Origin: an uncultured Desulfuromonas sp.
GTDB lineage: Bacteria > Desulfobacterota > Desulfuromonadia > Desulfuromonadales > Desulfuromonadaceae
Direction: 5' to 3'
NCBI GenBank assembly: GCA_963666745.1
Contig: OY762961.1
Coordinates: 2,227,274 to 2,291,273 of the forward strand
Length of the DNA: 64,000 nucleotides
Made by a program: the position numbers and the translations under genes
Notes under the pieces: generated by a model
Told to the model about the DNA's origin: nothing
Databases searched by the model: none
Seen by the model: the letters and a program-made list of their open reading frames with translations, nothing else
Shown: one piece after another, positions 39,948 through 51,527 of the stretch
Layout of the letters: each line of letters starts with the position of its first letter
How positions within the stretch are numbered: the stretch's first letter is position 1

Positions 39948-41314
39948 ACACGTGTCAGATGCTCAATCAGGGTTTCCCCCACGCGCCAAACCGACCCGGC
40001 CCCCAAGGTGATGACGATATCGTCGGGCTTGAGGAGTTCCAGCACCTGTTCAACGACTTTTTCGTCACTGTCACAATAGGTCACCTGCCGATGGCCATGT
40101 CCGCCGATCGCTTTAGCGAGATCCTCACCACACACACCCTCAATCGGCTGTTCACCCGCAGCATAGACATCCATGACCAACAGCACATCGGCCTGATAAA
40201 AGGCGGTTACAAACTCGTCGAACAACGCCTTGGTACGGCTGTAGCGATGGGGCTGAAAAACCACCACCACGCGGCGATCCCAGCCATTGCGGGCCGCAGC
40301 CAGGGTCGCCTTAATCTCAGCTGGATGATGACCGTAATCGTCAACCACCATCACCTCATCATCAAGTTTGATCTGAAAACGGCGCTGCACACCGGCAAAC
40401 GATTCAAACCCTTCGCTGATGGTTTTTAACGGGATGTCGAGTTCCCGCGCAACGGCCAAGGAGGCCAGTGCATTGAGCACGTTATGCCGACCCGGCATTT
40501 CAAGGCGAATACGGCCCAATTTTTCCTGACGGTAGTGAACCGTAAATTCCGTGCCGCCACCGCGGTGTTCGATCTCCGTGGCACTGAAATCGGCCTGAGG
40601 GGTCAGTCCGTAAGTGACGTAGCGCTTTTGCACCTGCGGCAGCAACGTCTGGATATTCGGATCGTCAAGACACAGCACCGCCAGTCCGTAAAATGGGATC
40701 TTGTTGATAAAATCGAGGAACACCGCCCGAATTTCGTCCATGCCGGAATAATAGTCGAGATGGTCCTCATCAATGTTGGTGACTACGGCAATTGTTGGTG
40801 ACAACTTGAGAAAAGAACCGTCCGACTCATCCGCTTCAACCACCATGAATTCGCCCTGGCCCAGCTTGGCATTGGAGCCGAGAGCATTGAGACGACCGCC
40901 GACCACCGCTGTCGGATCAATACCGCCGTGGGAAAGCAATGTCGCCACCATGCTGGTGGTGGTTGTCTTACCGTGGGTTCCGGCGACGGCAATGCCGTAT
41001 TTGAGACGCATCAGTTCAGCCAACATCTCGGCGCGGGGGATCACCGGCACCAACAAACGATGGGCTTCAACCACTTCAGGGTTGTCCGCGGACACCGCAG
41101 TACTGGTGACCACCACCTGAGCATCGCGGACATGCTCTGCCGCATGGCCGTAGCACACGCGACCGCCTAACGTTTCGAGGCGGCGCGTCAGCTCACTTTC
41201 ACGCAGATCCGAACCGGACACGTCATAACCCAGGTTGAGCAACACTTCAGCAATGCCGCTCATGCCGATACCGCCAATGCCGACAAAATGAATTCGCTTG
41301 ATTTTTCCGTACAT
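39944..41314 (-). CDS. murC: UDP-N-acetylmuramate--L-alanine ligase
   Basis: [33 protein letters not shown]. Confidence 0.98.
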   Translation of the reverse strand: MYGKIKRIHFVGIGGIGMSGIAEVLLNLGYDVSGSDLRESELTRRLETLGGRVCYGHAAEHVRDAQVVVTSTAVSADNPEVVEAHRLLVPVIPRAEMLAELMRLKYGIAVAGTHGKTTTTSMVATLLSHGGIDPTAVVGGRLNALGSNAKLGQGEFMVVEADESDGSFLKLSPTIAVVTNIDEDHLDYYSGMDEIRAVFLDFINKIPFYGLAVLCLDDPNIQTLLPQVQKRYVTYGLTPQADFSATEIEHRGGGTEFTVHYRQEKLGRIRLEMPGRHNVLNALASLAVARELDIPLKTISEGFESFAGVQRRFQIKLDDEVMVVDDYGHHPAEIKATLAAARNGWDRRVVVVFQPHRYSRTKALFDEFVTAFYQADVLLVMDVYAAGEQPIEGVCGEDLAKAIGGHGHRQVTYCDSDEKVVEQVLELLKPDDIVITLGAGSVWRVGETLIEHLTRV

Positions 41315-42396
41315 TATTTCGTCCGTTTCCGTGCCACGCGACGACACTCGTTAAGAATCAGATCAGCGGCCCCTTTTGCCGCAAGCATTCTGGCCTGACG
41401 GCCCATCTCTGTCAGACGTTGCGGATCCTGAAACAAGGAGATCAGTTCTTCAGCCAGCCGTTGCCCCGTCAACTCAGACTGCGGCAACAGCACAGCGGCC
41501 TCACGATCAGCCAACACCTTGGCGTTACAGGTCTGATGATCCGCGGCCGCCTGGGGAAAAGGCACCAGCACGGCAGGCCGCCCGCAAGCGGCCAACTCGG
41601 CAACAGTCGTTGCACCGGAACGACATAACACCAGTTGGCTGTCACGATAGGCGGCTGGCATATCATCAATAAACGGCAACAACGTCACCCGATCAAAGCC
41701 ACGGTCATTATAACCGGCTACCATATCGGCTAATGCCGCCTCACCGGTTTGATGAACAATACGCAATTCGGGCAGCGCCTGTTTGAGTCGCGGCAAAGCA
41801 TCAAGAACCGCTTCATTGATCGCCCGTGCACCCTGACTGCCGCCAAAAATAAGCAGACAGGGATGCTCACCGCGCCAGGCACGGCAGGAAAACAACTCCT
41901 GCCGGACAGGATTTCCGGTCAGTACCACAGCACGACCATGAAAATGTTGGGCGACATCCGCCATAGAGATACACACCCGCTTGGCCCAGCGTGCGGCTAA
42001 CCGGTTGGCGAGTCCCGGCCAGGCATTCTGCTCATGGAGAACGACCGGAATCCGTTTCAACCCGGCAGCGACCAACATCGGCAAAGAGGCATAACCACCG
42101 ACACCAATGACGACATCGGCAGAAAACTCTGCCAGAATATCCAAGGCCTCACGAGTGCTCGACATCAGCTTCACCAGAACACGCGCTTTCTGCCAGATAC
42201 GCTTGCCGGCAAAGCCACTAAAATCGACATAGTCAATATCGAAACCGGCAGGTTCCACCACACGGGCCTCGATGCCGTGACGCGTGCCGACAAAGAGGAT
42301 TTCATTGGTTGCATCCAGTTCCATCGCCCGCCGGGCAATAGCCAAAGCCGGGAACACGTGACCACCGGTACCGCCCCCTGCAATCAAAATCCTCAT
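41314..42396 (-). CDS. murG: MurG N-acetylglucosaminyltransferase
   Basis: GGGTGGH, HEQN, GNPVR, GGSQGA. Confidence 0.98.
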   Translation of the reverse strand: MRILIAGGGTGGHVFPALAIARRAMELDATNEILFVGTRHGIEARVVEPAGFDIDYVDFSGFAGKRIWQKARVLVKLMSSTREALDILAEFSADVVIGVGGYASLPMLVAAGLKRIPVVLHEQNAWPGLANRLAARWAKRVCISMADVAQHFHGRAVVLTGNPVRQELFSCRAWRGEHPCLLIFGGSQGARAINEAVLDALPRLKQALPELRIVHQTGEAALADMVAGYNDRGFDRVTLLPFIDDMPAAYRDSQLVLCRSGATTVAELAACGRPAVLVPFPQAAADHQTCNAKVLADREAAVLLPQSELTGQRLAEELISLFQDPQRLTEMGRQARMLAAKGAADLILNECRRVARKRTK

Positions 42397-43496
42397 GACT
42401 GACTCCTTACCGTCTGGCTGGAAATATTCAACAACACCCCGACGGAAAACAAGGTACATAACAAACTGGTTCCGCCATAGGAGATCAGCGGCAAAGCCAG
42501 CCCCTTATTCGGCAACATCGACATGGCGACTCCCATATTGGCAAACGCCTGCATGCCAAATAAGATACTGATGCCAAAGGCCGTCAGACGACCAAAGCCG
42601 TCCGGTGCCGTGTAAGCCACCCGCAACCCCAGTAAAACAACCACAAGATACATGGTGATGATCAACGCAATGGTGACATAGCCCATCTCTTCACCAATAA
42701 TGGAAAAGATAAAATCCGTATGCGCTTCCGGCAGATAAAACAGCTTCTGTTTACCTTCACCTAAGCCCTGCCCCATCAGGCCACCGAGGCCAAAACCCAT
42801 CTGACTCTGAATCACCTGGAAGCCGGTATCAAACGGGTCCTGCCACGGATCCCAGAAGGCCATAATCCGCTTACGTCGATACTCCTCCTGCATGATAAAG
42901 TAGACCAGAGTCGGCATGGCGACAATGACACTGGAAACCAGATAACGCCAACGCGTTCCGGCCACCAGCAGCATACTGCCGGTAACAGCGGCCATCGTTG
43001 CCGAGCCCCCCAGATCGCGCTGGGCCAGCATCAGGCTGATCAGCATCAACAACACCACCATATACGGCACGAATCCGTAGCGAAAGTCTTTGAGACGATC
43101 CTCTTTTTTCGTCGCCGAGTGGGCGAGATAAAAAATCAACGCCAGTTTCGCGGCTTCCGACGGTTGAAAACTGAATCCGGGCATGCGAATCCAGCGGTAG
43201 GCGCCCCCCGCTTTGGCACCAATGCCGGGAATAAATACCGCCGCCATCAACAGGGTGCAGACCAGCAGCATCGGAATAGCCAATTTGCGCCACCAGTGGT
43301 AATCGATCCGCATGGTCACGGCCAGAGCCGCAAACCCCAACAGGGCAAACACACCCTGTCGCTTGAGAAAATAGAAGCCGTCGTCATGAACCTTCAACGC
43401 CATCATCGACGAAGCGGAGTAGACCATCATCACACCAAAGCACGCCAGTGCTACGGTGAGAATCAGAATCGTATTGTCATACTCGCGTTTCATCAT
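42393..43496 (-). CDS. ftsW: Peptidoglycan polymerase FtsW
   Basis: QPSE, LPEAHTDFIF, LPLISYGG; multiple TM helices. Confidence 0.97.
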   Translation of the reverse strand: MMKREYDNTILILTVALACFGVMMVYSASSMMALKVHDDGFYFLKRQGVFALLGFAALAVTMRIDYHWWRKLAIPMLLVCTLLMAAVFIPGIGAKAGGAYRWIRMPGFSFQPSEAAKLALIFYLAHSATKKEDRLKDFRYGFVPYMVVLLMLISLMLAQRDLGGSATMAAVTGSMLLVAGTRWRYLVSSVIVAMPTLVYFIMQEEYRRKRIMAFWDPWQDPFDTGFQVIQSQMGFGLGGLMGQGLGEGKQKLFYLPEAHTDFIFSIIGEEMGYVTIALIITMYLVVVLLGLRVAYTAPDGFGRLTAFGISILFGMQAFANMGVAMSMLPNKGLALPLISYGGTSLLCTLFSVGVLLNISSQTVRSQS

Positions 43497-44845
43497 ACTG
43501 ACGCTTTCTCTGACAGAGCCATGACGGCCTCAACAAAGCGATCTCCCCGATCCTCGAAGCTTTTAAACATATCAAAACTGGAGCAGCCCGGCGACAGCAC
43601 GACCTGTCCCGGTGACGGTGTCACGCTATGGGCGATGTCAACCGCCTGGTGCATGGAATCCGCCCGATAGACCGGACACAGGTCACCCCAGGCCTGTTCC
43701 ATCAGATCTGCGGCCTGGCCAATCAAGACCAGAGCGGTCACCCGCCCTTGCAACGCCGGACGAATATCGCGATAATCACCGCCTTTGTCTTTACCACCGG
43801 CGATCAGTGTTACCGGTGCCTGTAAACCACCGACACTTTTCTCAACACTGCCGAGATTGGTCCCTTTTGAATCGTTATACCAGCGCACGCCGTCCAGGGT
43901 GCGAACCAGCACCATACGATGCGGCAGTCCACTGAACCGACAGGCCGCTTGCCAAGCCAGTTTCGCATCACAGCCTTCAAGAAGGACCGGCACCAGTGCG
44001 GCCATGACATTCTCGATATTGTGCAAACCCTGCAGCTGAAGTTCATTGCTGTCAAAGTGGAGCTCTTCGTTGCCGTTTCGCCAGTGAATCGTCCCCTGCT
44101 GGAAACTGACCCCCTGCGTCAACACGTGTTGTGAGGAGAAGAGGACGCTTTGACTGGCAATGGCCGAAGCCATCGCCGCCACTTCGATATCTTCGCCATT
44201 AAGCACCGCGACATCATCTGCCGTCTGATTGCTAAAAATGGCCTGCTTTGCCGTCACATAGGCCGCCATGTCCGGATAGCGATCAAGATGATCGACCGAA
44301 ACATTGAGCAACAAGGCGTAATGCGCATGAAAGCGCTCTACGGCTTCCAACTGAAACGAGGACAATTCAACGACAATATAATCCAATGGCAGCCCGGCAG
44401 CCTCAATCAGCGGAATGCCGATATTGCCACCGACAAACACCCTTTTGCCGCAGCCGCGCAGCATCGCACCAATCAGCTCAGTCGTCGTTGATTTGCCGTT
44501 GGTCCCGGTGATGGCAATAATGGGTGCCGACAGCTGCCGATACGCGTATTCAACCTCGCCCCAGACCGGTGTCCCACGCTCTATCGCCGCGGCCAGAACC
44601 GGCACCGTCAACGGCACACCGGGGCTGACCACAATCAGGTCGGCGTCAAGAAACAGCTTGTCGGTATGGCCGCCGAAATCCCGTTGTACCCGAGGATCCA
44701 GATTTTCCAGACCACGAATCAGCTCGGAGGCACGATGATCACTCAGGACCACATGTGCACCTTCGTCAATCGCATGACGACAAACAGCGAGTCCACTGAG
44801 TCCGGCTCCGACAACGACAATGTTTTTTCCGGCGAGAGTTGTCAT
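43493..44845 (-). CDS. murD: UDP-MurNAc-L-Ala--D-glutamate ligase
   Basis: ITGTNGKSTT, ELSSFQL, DHLDRY, DSKGTN, SPGCSSFDMF. Confidence 0.98.
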   Translation of the reverse strand: MTTLAGKNIVVVGAGLSGLAVCRHAIDEGAHVVLSDHRASELIRGLENLDPRVQRDFGGHTDKLFLDADLIVVSPGVPLTVPVLAAAIERGTPVWGEVEYAYRQLSAPIIAITGTNGKSTTTELIGAMLRGCGKRVFVGGNIGIPLIEAAGLPLDYIVVELSSFQLEAVERFHAHYALLLNVSVDHLDRYPDMAAYVTAKQAIFSNQTADDVAVLNGEDIEVAAMASAIASQSVLFSSQHVLTQGVSFQQGTIHWRNGNEELHFDSNELQLQGLHNIENVMAALVPVLLEGCDAKLAWQAACRFSGLPHRMVLVRTLDGVRWYNDSKGTNLGSVEKSVGGLQAPVTLIAGGKDKGGDYRDIRPALQGRVTALVLIGQAADLMEQAWGDLCPVYRADSMHQAVDIAHSVTPSPGQVVLSPGCSSFDMFKSFEDRGDRFVEAVMALSEKASV

Positions 44846-44846
44846 A

Positions 44847-45923
44847 CTATCTCAGCTTCAGCGTCGATAAGGCCACAAGAGCCAGCAGAATACTGATAAT
44901 CCAGAAGCGCACGATAATTTTGGGTTCCGGCCAGCCCTTCAACTCAAAATGATGATGGATCGGCGCCATACGGAACACCCGTCGCCCCAGCAGTCGGAAC
45001 GACATTACCTGCACAATCACCGACAACGCTTCAACGACAAAAATGCCGCCAACGATAACCAGCACCAGCTCCTGCTTGACGATAATGGCAATGATTCCCA
45101 ATGCGCCACCGAGCGATAAACTGCCGACATCGCCCATAAACACCTGGGCCGGGTAGGTATTGAACCACAAAAAGCCCAATCCGGCACCGACCATGGCACC
45201 GCACATAATCGACAGTTCACCGGCCCCGGGAACGCCCCCGATCTGCAGGTAGGCGGACAATTTGGCATTACCGGCCAGATAGGCAAACAGCAGATAAGCG
45301 CTTGAGGCACTGATCATCGGCCCGATGGCCAGACCATCCAATCCGTCGGTGAGGTTGACGGCATTACCACTGCCGACGACAACGAGCAGGATCAACGGAA
45401 TGTAGAACAGCCCGATATCGGGCTGAAACCCTTTGAAGAACGGCACGGTCAGAACCGGTTGAAACGGCGTCACCGTAAACAACAGATAACCAGCCAATCC
45501 GGCCACAAGAATCTGGCCGAGCATCTTATGTCGGGCCGAAAGACCATCGCTGCTCTTGAGCTTGACCTTCTTGTAATCGTCAATAAAGCCGATGGCACCA
45601 TAACCGACCGTCACCAACAGCGCCACCCACACATAGCCGTTACGCAGGTCCGCCCACAGCAGGGTCGGCAGCACAATGGCAATCAGAATCAGGGTGCCAC
45701 CCATGGTCGGTGTACCCTCTTTTTTGAAGTGGGATTCGGGGCCGACTTTACGGATCGTCTGACCAATCTGCAGCGAGCTCAAGCGCTCGATCACCCAGGG
45801 TCCCAACATGAACGACAGCACCAGCGCTGTAATCGTTGCATAGATGGTTCGAAAGGTAATGAATCGGAACACATAAAGTGCTGAAAAATCACTGTGCAAC
45901 GGATAAAGCAGATGGTACAGCAT
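44847..45923 (-). CDS. mraY: Phospho-MurNAc-pentapeptide transferase
   Basis: [40 protein letters not shown]. Confidence 0.98.
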   Translation of the reverse strand: MLYHLLYPLHSDFSALYVFRFITFRTIYATITALVLSFMLGPWVIERLSSLQIGQTIRKVGPESHFKKEGTPTMGGTLILIAIVLPTLLWADLRNGYVWVALLVTVGYGAIGFIDDYKKVKLKSSDGLSARHKMLGQILVAGLAGYLLFTVTPFQPVLTVPFFKGFQPDIGLFYIPLILLVVVGSGNAVNLTDGLDGLAIGPMISASSAYLLFAYLAGNAKLSAYLQIGGVPGAGELSIMCGAMVGAGLGFLWFNTYPAQVFMGDVGSLSLGGALGIIAIIVKQELVLVIVGGIFVVEALSVIVQVMSFRLLGRRVFRMAPIHHHFELKGWPEPKIIVRFWIISILLALVALSTLKLR

Positions 45924-45955
45924 GGTGCCTCCTGACAGGGCCTCCCGCCCGACAG

Positions 45956-47332
45956 TTAATGTGCTTTGTGTGTCTCGTCCTGGGCCAGAAGCGCGTGGAC
46001 CACTTTTTCCATACGCATCCCTCGCGAACCTTTGACCAGAACACAATCGTCTTCACAAATCAGTTGCTTCAAACGGACAACAATATCGTCATGGCTTGAG
46101 CAGATCTCGCCCTGCCCACCTTCTTCTCTCAGGCCTTTGATCACCGCCGCAGCCCAGGTTCCGTAACACAGGACCAAGTCGGCACGTTGCGCTGCCAAAC
46201 GCCCTAACGCTTCATGGCAACTCTGCGCGACCTCACCCAACTCCAGCATATCGCCAAGAACGGCAATTTTTTTCCCTTGGGCAGGCCAGTCGCCGAGCAC
46301 GTTCAATGCCGCACGCATCGATTGAGGATTCGCATTATAGCTGTCATCAAGAACGGTGTTCCTTTGGGGAAGACCCCGCACTTCCAGACGACCGGCAGCC
46401 ATTTTGACGCAGCTCAGACCGACGGCGATTTCTTCGGGGCTACAGCCAACGGCGGAAGCCGCCGCTGCGGCAGCCAGGGCATTATAGACTTGATGGCGTC
46501 CGGGTAAAGGGATTTCCACCGAAACTGTTTTTTCACCAATATGCAGATCAAAGCAGGCATTCTGGCCACTGTTGATTGAAGAGGCACGGACAAACGCTTC
46601 ACCCTCAAGTGAAAAATCGATTACGCGTACCCCTTCAGCAATCGGCAATGCGCAGATCAGATCATCATCACGGTTGACAATGGCCGTGGCCCCCTTTTTC
46701 AATCCGGCAAACAACTCCCCTTTGGCTTGAGCAACGCCCTGAATATCGCCAACTCCAGCCAGATGTCCGGCACCGACATTGGTGATCAGGGCGACATCCG
46801 GTTCAGCAATTTGCGCCAAACGGGCGATTTCGCCATGCTGGCTCATGCCCAACTCAAGAACCATCCAACGATGGTCCTCTTCCAAACGTGCCAGTGTCAG
46901 AGGAAGACCGATCAGATTATTGAAGTTCCCTTCAGTCTTCAAGCCCTGGCTGCGCTGTGCCAGAATGGATGCCAGCATTTCTTTGGTGGACGTTTTACCG
47001 GTTGTCCCGGTAATCGCGAGCACCGGACCATCAAAACCCCGGCGGAGATGATGGGCCAACTCACCAAGAGCCCGCAACGTATCATCGACCTGGATCACCG
47101 GAACCGGGAGCCCTCCGACCACTTCCTCACTCAAGCAGGCGGCGGCACCGTGCTCAACGGCCTGGCGCAAATAGTCGTGACCATCGTAATTTGGCCCTTT
47201 GAGCGGCACAAACAGATCACCGGACTGCAAAGTACGACTGTCTGTCGATAGACCATGAATCTCGGGATCGGTTGGCGCGGCAAGACGACGTCCACCGACA
47301 ATGTCGGCAACCTGTTCACTGGTCAGATTCAT
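45956..47332 (-). CDS. murF: UDP-MurNAc-tripeptide--D-Ala-D-Ala ligase
   Basis: [34 protein letters not shown]. Confidence 0.97.
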   Translation of the reverse strand: MNLTSEQVADIVGGRRLAAPTDPEIHGLSTDSRTLQSGDLFVPLKGPNYDGHDYLRQAVEHGAAACLSEEVVGGLPVPVIQVDDTLRALGELAHHLRRGFDGPVLAITGTTGKTSTKEMLASILAQRSQGLKTEGNFNNLIGLPLTLARLEEDHRWMVLELGMSQHGEIARLAQIAEPDVALITNVGAGHLAGVGDIQGVAQAKGELFAGLKKGATAIVNRDDDLICALPIAEGVRVIDFSLEGEAFVRASSINSGQNACFDLHIGEKTVSVEIPLPGRHQVYNALAAAAAASAVGCSPEEIAVGLSCVKMAAGRLEVRGLPQRNTVLDDSYNANPQSMRAALNVLGDWPAQGKKIAVLGDMLELGEVAQSCHEALGRLAAQRADLVLCYGTWAAAVIKGLREEGGQGEICSSHDDIVVRLKQLICEDDCVLVKGSRGMRMEKVVHALLAQDETHKAH

Positions 47333-48842
47333 GGCCGCTCTCCCGTTGGGCACGTTGCGCAAGAGCAAAGCGTACCTGCTCTCGATCGTCAAAATGAACT
47401 TTTTCTGTGCCGATGATCTGATAATCTTCATGCCCTTTACCGGCAATCAGCAACAGATCTCCCGGCTGCAATTGATCGACGGCATAACGGATGGCTTCTC
47501 GGCGATCCTCGATGACGATATAGCCCTTGTCCTCCGCATGCGGATTCTCATCAGGACCAAGCTGCTGGCAGATTCGCTCAATCCCGACGCGGATATCTTC
47601 AATGATTTTTTGTGGATTTTCGGTCCGGGGATTGTCTGAGGTGACAATAGTCAGGCAAGAATAACGCCCCGCCACCTCTCCCATGGCCGGTCGTTTCAGG
47701 CTGTCGCGGTCACCCCCACAACCGAATACGGTGATGATCCGTTGCGGACTCAGTGCGGTCATGGCTTCGAGCGCTTTGGCCAACGCATCACCGGTGTGGG
47801 CGTAGTCAACAACAATTAAAGCCCCCAGGTCGTTTTCAACCGGTTCCAGACGACCGGGAACCGGTCGGGCAACCGTCAACCCCTGCTCGATCACATCCAG
47901 CGGCAGTTTGAGCGCCAATCCGGCACCGACGGCGCACAACAGGTTCTCAAGATTAAATGGGCCGACGAGTGGCGAGCGGACCGTCATGCTCCCTTGAGGG
48001 GTCTCCAGCGTTGCAATGGTACCCTGCATGGTCTGCTCGACATCACAGACCCGCACATCAGCACCGCGATGCATGCCGACACTTAGTGGTTCATTGAGCT
48101 CACGCACCAATTTGGCACCATAGGGGTCATCGCTATTGACCACAGCGGTAAACTCCCCATAGATCTCCGGCTCTTTAAACAGGCGGGTCTTGGCGGCAAA
48201 ATAGCTTTCCATGTTTTTGTGATAATCAAGATGTTCCGGCGTCAGGTTGGTAAAGATCCCGACATTAAACGTTAACCCGACGACTCGGCTCTGCATCAGA
48301 GCATGAGAGGACACTTCGATCACCAGGGCATCGGCTCCTCGGGCTTTGAAATCGGCCAGAATTCTCTGCAGATCCAGCGACTCAGGAGTGGTGTGTTCGG
48401 CCTCGACCGCATCATCCCCCATGCGATTACTGATCGTTCCGACTACGGCCGGAGTATAGCCGGCCTGTTTAAGAATCGATTCCAACAGATAGGTCATGGT
48501 GGTCTTCCCATTGGTTCCGGTGACACCAACGACCAGCATATCCTGGGCAGGATAATTGTAATAACTTGCCGCGCAGCGCGCCATGGCATAACGGCTATCC
48601 TCAACCACGACCTGCACGATGTCTTCAGGGAGATCCTGAAGCTCCTCGACGACAACGGCGACGGCACCGCGGGTGATCGCCTCTTTGACATAGTCGTGCC
48701 CGTCAACCAGGACACCCCGCAATGCAAAAAACAACGTGTCGGCCTGGACACGTCGTGAATCATAAGCCAGATGGGTAATATCTATGTCCGCAGACAGGTT
48801 CCCCGGTGACGCAACATCAGCAATGACTTGCGACAACTTCAT
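47316..48842 (-). CDS. murE: UDP-MurNAc-dipeptide--meso-DAP ligase
   Basis: VTGTNGKTT, HTTPE, EVSSH, DYAHT, DNPR, GKGHEDY. Confidence 0.98.
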   Translation of the reverse strand: MKLSQVIADVASPGNLSADIDITHLAYDSRRVQADTLFFALRGVLVDGHDYVKEAITRGAVAVVVEELQDLPEDIVQVVVEDSRYAMARCAASYYNYPAQDMLVVGVTGTNGKTTMTYLLESILKQAGYTPAVVGTISNRMGDDAVEAEHTTPESLDLQRILADFKARGADALVIEVSSHALMQSRVVGLTFNVGIFTNLTPEHLDYHKNMESYFAAKTRLFKEPEIYGEFTAVVNSDDPYGAKLVRELNEPLSVGMHRGADVRVCDVEQTMQGTIATLETPQGSMTVRSPLVGPFNLENLLCAVGAGLALKLPLDVIEQGLTVARPVPGRLEPVENDLGALIVVDYAHTGDALAKALEAMTALSPQRIITVFGCGGDRDSLKRPAMGEVAGRYSCLTIVTSDNPRTENPQKIIEDIRVGIERICQQLGPDENPHAEDKGYIVIEDRREAIRYAVDQLQPGDLLLIAGKGHEDYQIIGTEKVHFDDREQVRFALAQRAQRESGHESDQ

Positions 48843-50941
48843 TGACCGCCCTCCTGCTCTGGAGATTGCAAATGCACCCAGGTGGCCCCTTTTGCTGTGA
48901 TGGCCGCTCCGGGAGGAGGCGACTGGCTGACGACACGCCCTTCGCCGATAATTTTGATATTTAATCCGCTGTTTTCCATTAATTCAAGAATCTGTCTTGC
49001 GGTCAGCCCTCGGCAATCAGGCATCGCCTTGACACCGACTTCACGGTCGACTTGCTCAGAGAGAAAAACCGGCACATGAGGGACCTCTATGGGCACCTCG
49101 GCCTGCACCGTGGCCTCATTGCCGACAACAGGCTGTGTGGTCGGAACATGGAGATAGCGCAATGCCTGCTCAACAATCCTCGAAAAAACCGGAGCGGCCA
49201 GCAATCCACCATAGGCTTTTCCTTGTGGCTCATCCAAGGTCACCAGGACCACAATCTGTGGGTCTTTAGCCGGAGCAAAGCCAATGAATGAAGACACCCG
49301 CTTGTCCACCGAGTACGTCCCCGTCACTGGATCGACCTTTTGCGCGGTTCCGGTCTTGCCACCGACTTCAAATCCTGGCACCTGTGCGCGAGAACCTGTG
49401 CCATCAGGTTCAGTGACCGACATCATCATCTTGCGCAACGCCAACGACACATCACGGCTGACCACCCGGCGTACAACCGTTGGATGCCGTTCTTCCGTGA
49501 CTTCATTGCGCTCATCCTGAATGCGCCGAACCAGATAAGGCCGCATCAGTTCACCGCCGTTGACCAATGCACTTGTGGCAGTAACCAACTGCAATGCCGT
49601 GGCCGTAAGACCCTGGCCAAACGAAATGGCCGCAAGGTCAATTTCAAACCACCGTTGAGGCGGGCGCAGAATGCCACTGCCTTCGCCGTCAAAGTCTATC
49701 CCGGTTTTATCACCAAAACCGAATGCTCGCAGATAGGTATAGAACGTGTCTTTCCCCAAATGCTGAGCAATTTTGGCACAACCGATATTGGAGCTGTATT
49801 TGAGAACATCATTAACCGTCAGCCGCCCCATAGGCCGATGATCGTGAATGATCTTGCCGCCAACCTTATAGCTGCCGTGGCCGCAATCAATGGTCTCCTT
49901 CGTTGAAATCAGACCCGTATCCAGCGCGGCGGCCAACAAAAACAATTTAAACGTCGAGCCGGGTTCATAGGTATCACAGACAACCCGATTTCGCCGCTGA
50001 AAGGCCTTTGAATGCCGAAATCGGTTCGGATCGTAGTCCGGCACGCTTGCCATGGCGAGAATTTCTCCGCTGAACGGATCCATCATGACCGCGCTTCCCG
50101 CCCGCGCCTCCGCCTCTTTAACCGCTGCCAAGAGTTCTTTTTCGACAATGAACTGCAACTGGGTATCAATGGTCAGATAAAGATCCTTACCCTGGCGTCC
50201 TTTAAAAATTTGCTCGCTACTGCCGATTCCACGGCGACCACCATCGGCCTGGATGGTCAGATAGCTGCCATCTCCGGCAACCAGGCCATTATAGCGGCGC
50301 TCAATGCCTTCAAGCCCTTCGTTATCGGCACCGGAAAACCCGAGAACCTGCCCGGCAACTCGCCCTTGGGGATAGGAGCGAACATGTTCTTTTATGGTGT
50401 GGACACCCGGCAAATCAACCGTCTCCAGCAATCGGCTTTCTTTTGCCGAAATCCGCCGTTTGATCCAGATAAACTTTTTATCCCGTTCCAGTTTCTGTCG
50501 AATCGTCACCGGAGTGATCGACAGGATCGCGCCGAGTTTTTCGGCAATCGTGTCATAGGACTCAACGGTTTCGTCGGGATCAGGATTTTTTTCCAACCGT
50601 TCGCGCTGCTCTTTGAGCAGCGTTTTGGCTTCGGTCGGATTCACATAGACGGAATCAGCTTCCAGACTGATTGCCAGAGGTCCGCCATTGCGGTCATAGA
50701 TTGCACCACGTTGAGGCGTGAGAGAGATGGTTTTTGTATGTTGACTGGAGGCGCGCTTCTGCCACTCCTCTGCCGTCCATACCTGCAGATAGAAGGCACG
50801 CCCCAGCAGCATCAAATAGACTGCGACAAAACAGCCGCCCACCAGCAGAATACGGCGGCGAACCGCTTTGGCCTCCTGGTGTGGATGTGCTGATTTACGT
50901 CGGGGAGCTTTATCAGATAGAGAGCGTTTCCGTGAACTCAA
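48839..50941 (-). CDS. ftsI: Penicillin-binding protein 3
   Basis: Single TM, RGAIYDRN, EPGSTFK (SxxK), SSN, GKTGT; TTG start at 50941 inferred. Confidence 0.95.
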   Translation of the reverse strand: MSSRKRSLSDKAPRRKSAHPHQEAKAVRRRILLVGGCFVAVYLMLLGRAFYLQVWTAEEWQKRASSQHTKTISLTPQRGAIYDRNGGPLAISLEADSVYVNPTEAKTLLKEQRERLEKNPDPDETVESYDTIAEKLGAILSITPVTIRQKLERDKKFIWIKRRISAKESRLLETVDLPGVHTIKEHVRSYPQGRVAGQVLGFSGADNEGLEGIERRYNGLVAGDGSYLTIQADGGRRGIGSSEQIFKGRQGKDLYLTIDTQLQFIVEKELLAAVKEAEARAGSAVMMDPFSGEILAMASVPDYDPNRFRHSKAFQRRNRVVCDTYEPGSTFKLFLLAAALDTGLISTKETIDCGHGSYKVGGKIIHDHRPMGRLTVNDVLKYSSNIGCAKIAQHLGKDTFYTYLRAFGFGDKTGIDFDGEGSGILRPPQRWFEIDLAAISFGQGLTATALQLVTATSALVNGGELMRPYLVRRIQDERNEVTEERHPTVVRRVVSRDVSLALRKMMMSVTEPDGTGSRAQVPGFEVGGKTGTAQKVDPVTGTYSVDKRVSSFIGFAPAKDPQIVVLVTLDEPQGKAYGGLLAAPVFSRIVEQALRYLHVPTTQPVVGNEATVQAEVPIEVPHVPVFLSEQVDREVGVKAMPDCRGLTARQILELMENSGLNIKIIGEGRVVSQSPPPGAAITAKGATWVHLQSPEQEGGQ

Positions 50942-51203
50942 CGCGCTTTTCCCGCTGGTCGACGTCCGGTGAGGACGATGCGTTGACGGACTTCTCCATT
51001 CCGATCTGATTCCCCTGCACCTGAAGATACATGGGCTCCTGAGCTGTCGTCGAAACGTTGTAAACAAAAGCGGCGGCCATAATCAGCACGGAAACAGCGG
51101 CAGTTACGCCAAGGCGCGCTTTACGACGGCGGCTTTGACGCACCGTCCACAACTCACTCATTTCAGCCCACAAATCCTGCTTTTCTGCGTAGTCTCTGTT
51201 CAT
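50913..51203 (-). CDS. Small bitopic membrane protein of unknown function between ftsL and ftsI
   Basis: GAGGAG SD; basic patch RQSRRRKAR, then TM LGVTAAVSVLIMAAAFV, then a polar tail; fills the whole ftsL-ftsI gap. Confidence 0.7.
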   Translation of the reverse strand: MNRDYAEKQDLWAEMSELWTVRQSRRRKARLGVTAAVSVLIMAAAFVYNVSTTAQEPMYLQVQGNQIGMEKSVNASSSPDVDQREKRVEFTETLSI

Positions 51204-51221
51204 CTCCCTGCTCCTCACTCC

Positions 51222-51527
51222 CTACTTGACAGTAATCACCTGGTCCGCCTGCGGCTCGCGCAATCCCAGACGAGAGGTGGCAACTCTCTGTAACTGCCGG
51301 GGATTGGTCAACTTACCCAAAGCGACTTCCAGTGTCTTGAATTCGTACTCCTGAGCACGAATATCCTTTTCCAACGTCGACACATCGTATTCACACCGTG
51401 TCACTTCCATCCGTAACCAGACATGGAATACTCCGATAACCATGAGAATGGCAATGGCTGCCAGAATCGTCGATACCCTGGGGCGGCTGATGGCAACAGC
51501 ACTTCTTGGCCAGGTAATATCAATCAT
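51222..51527 (-). CDS. ftsL: Cell division protein FtsL
   Basis: TM, then coiled coil, then LTNPRQLQRVATSRLGLREP; directly after rsmH. Confidence 0.88.
   Translation of the reverse strand: MIDITWPRSAVAISRPRVSTILAAIAILMVIGVFHVWLRMEVTRCEYDVSTLEKDIRAQEYEFKTLEVALGKLTNPRQLQRVATSRLGLREPQADQVITVK

Noticed and set aside
50913-51218. The extra dcw ORF as a frameshifted N-terminus of FtsI
   Set aside because: FtsI is complete from TTG 50941 with its own TM; fusion would add a second TM and invert the topology.
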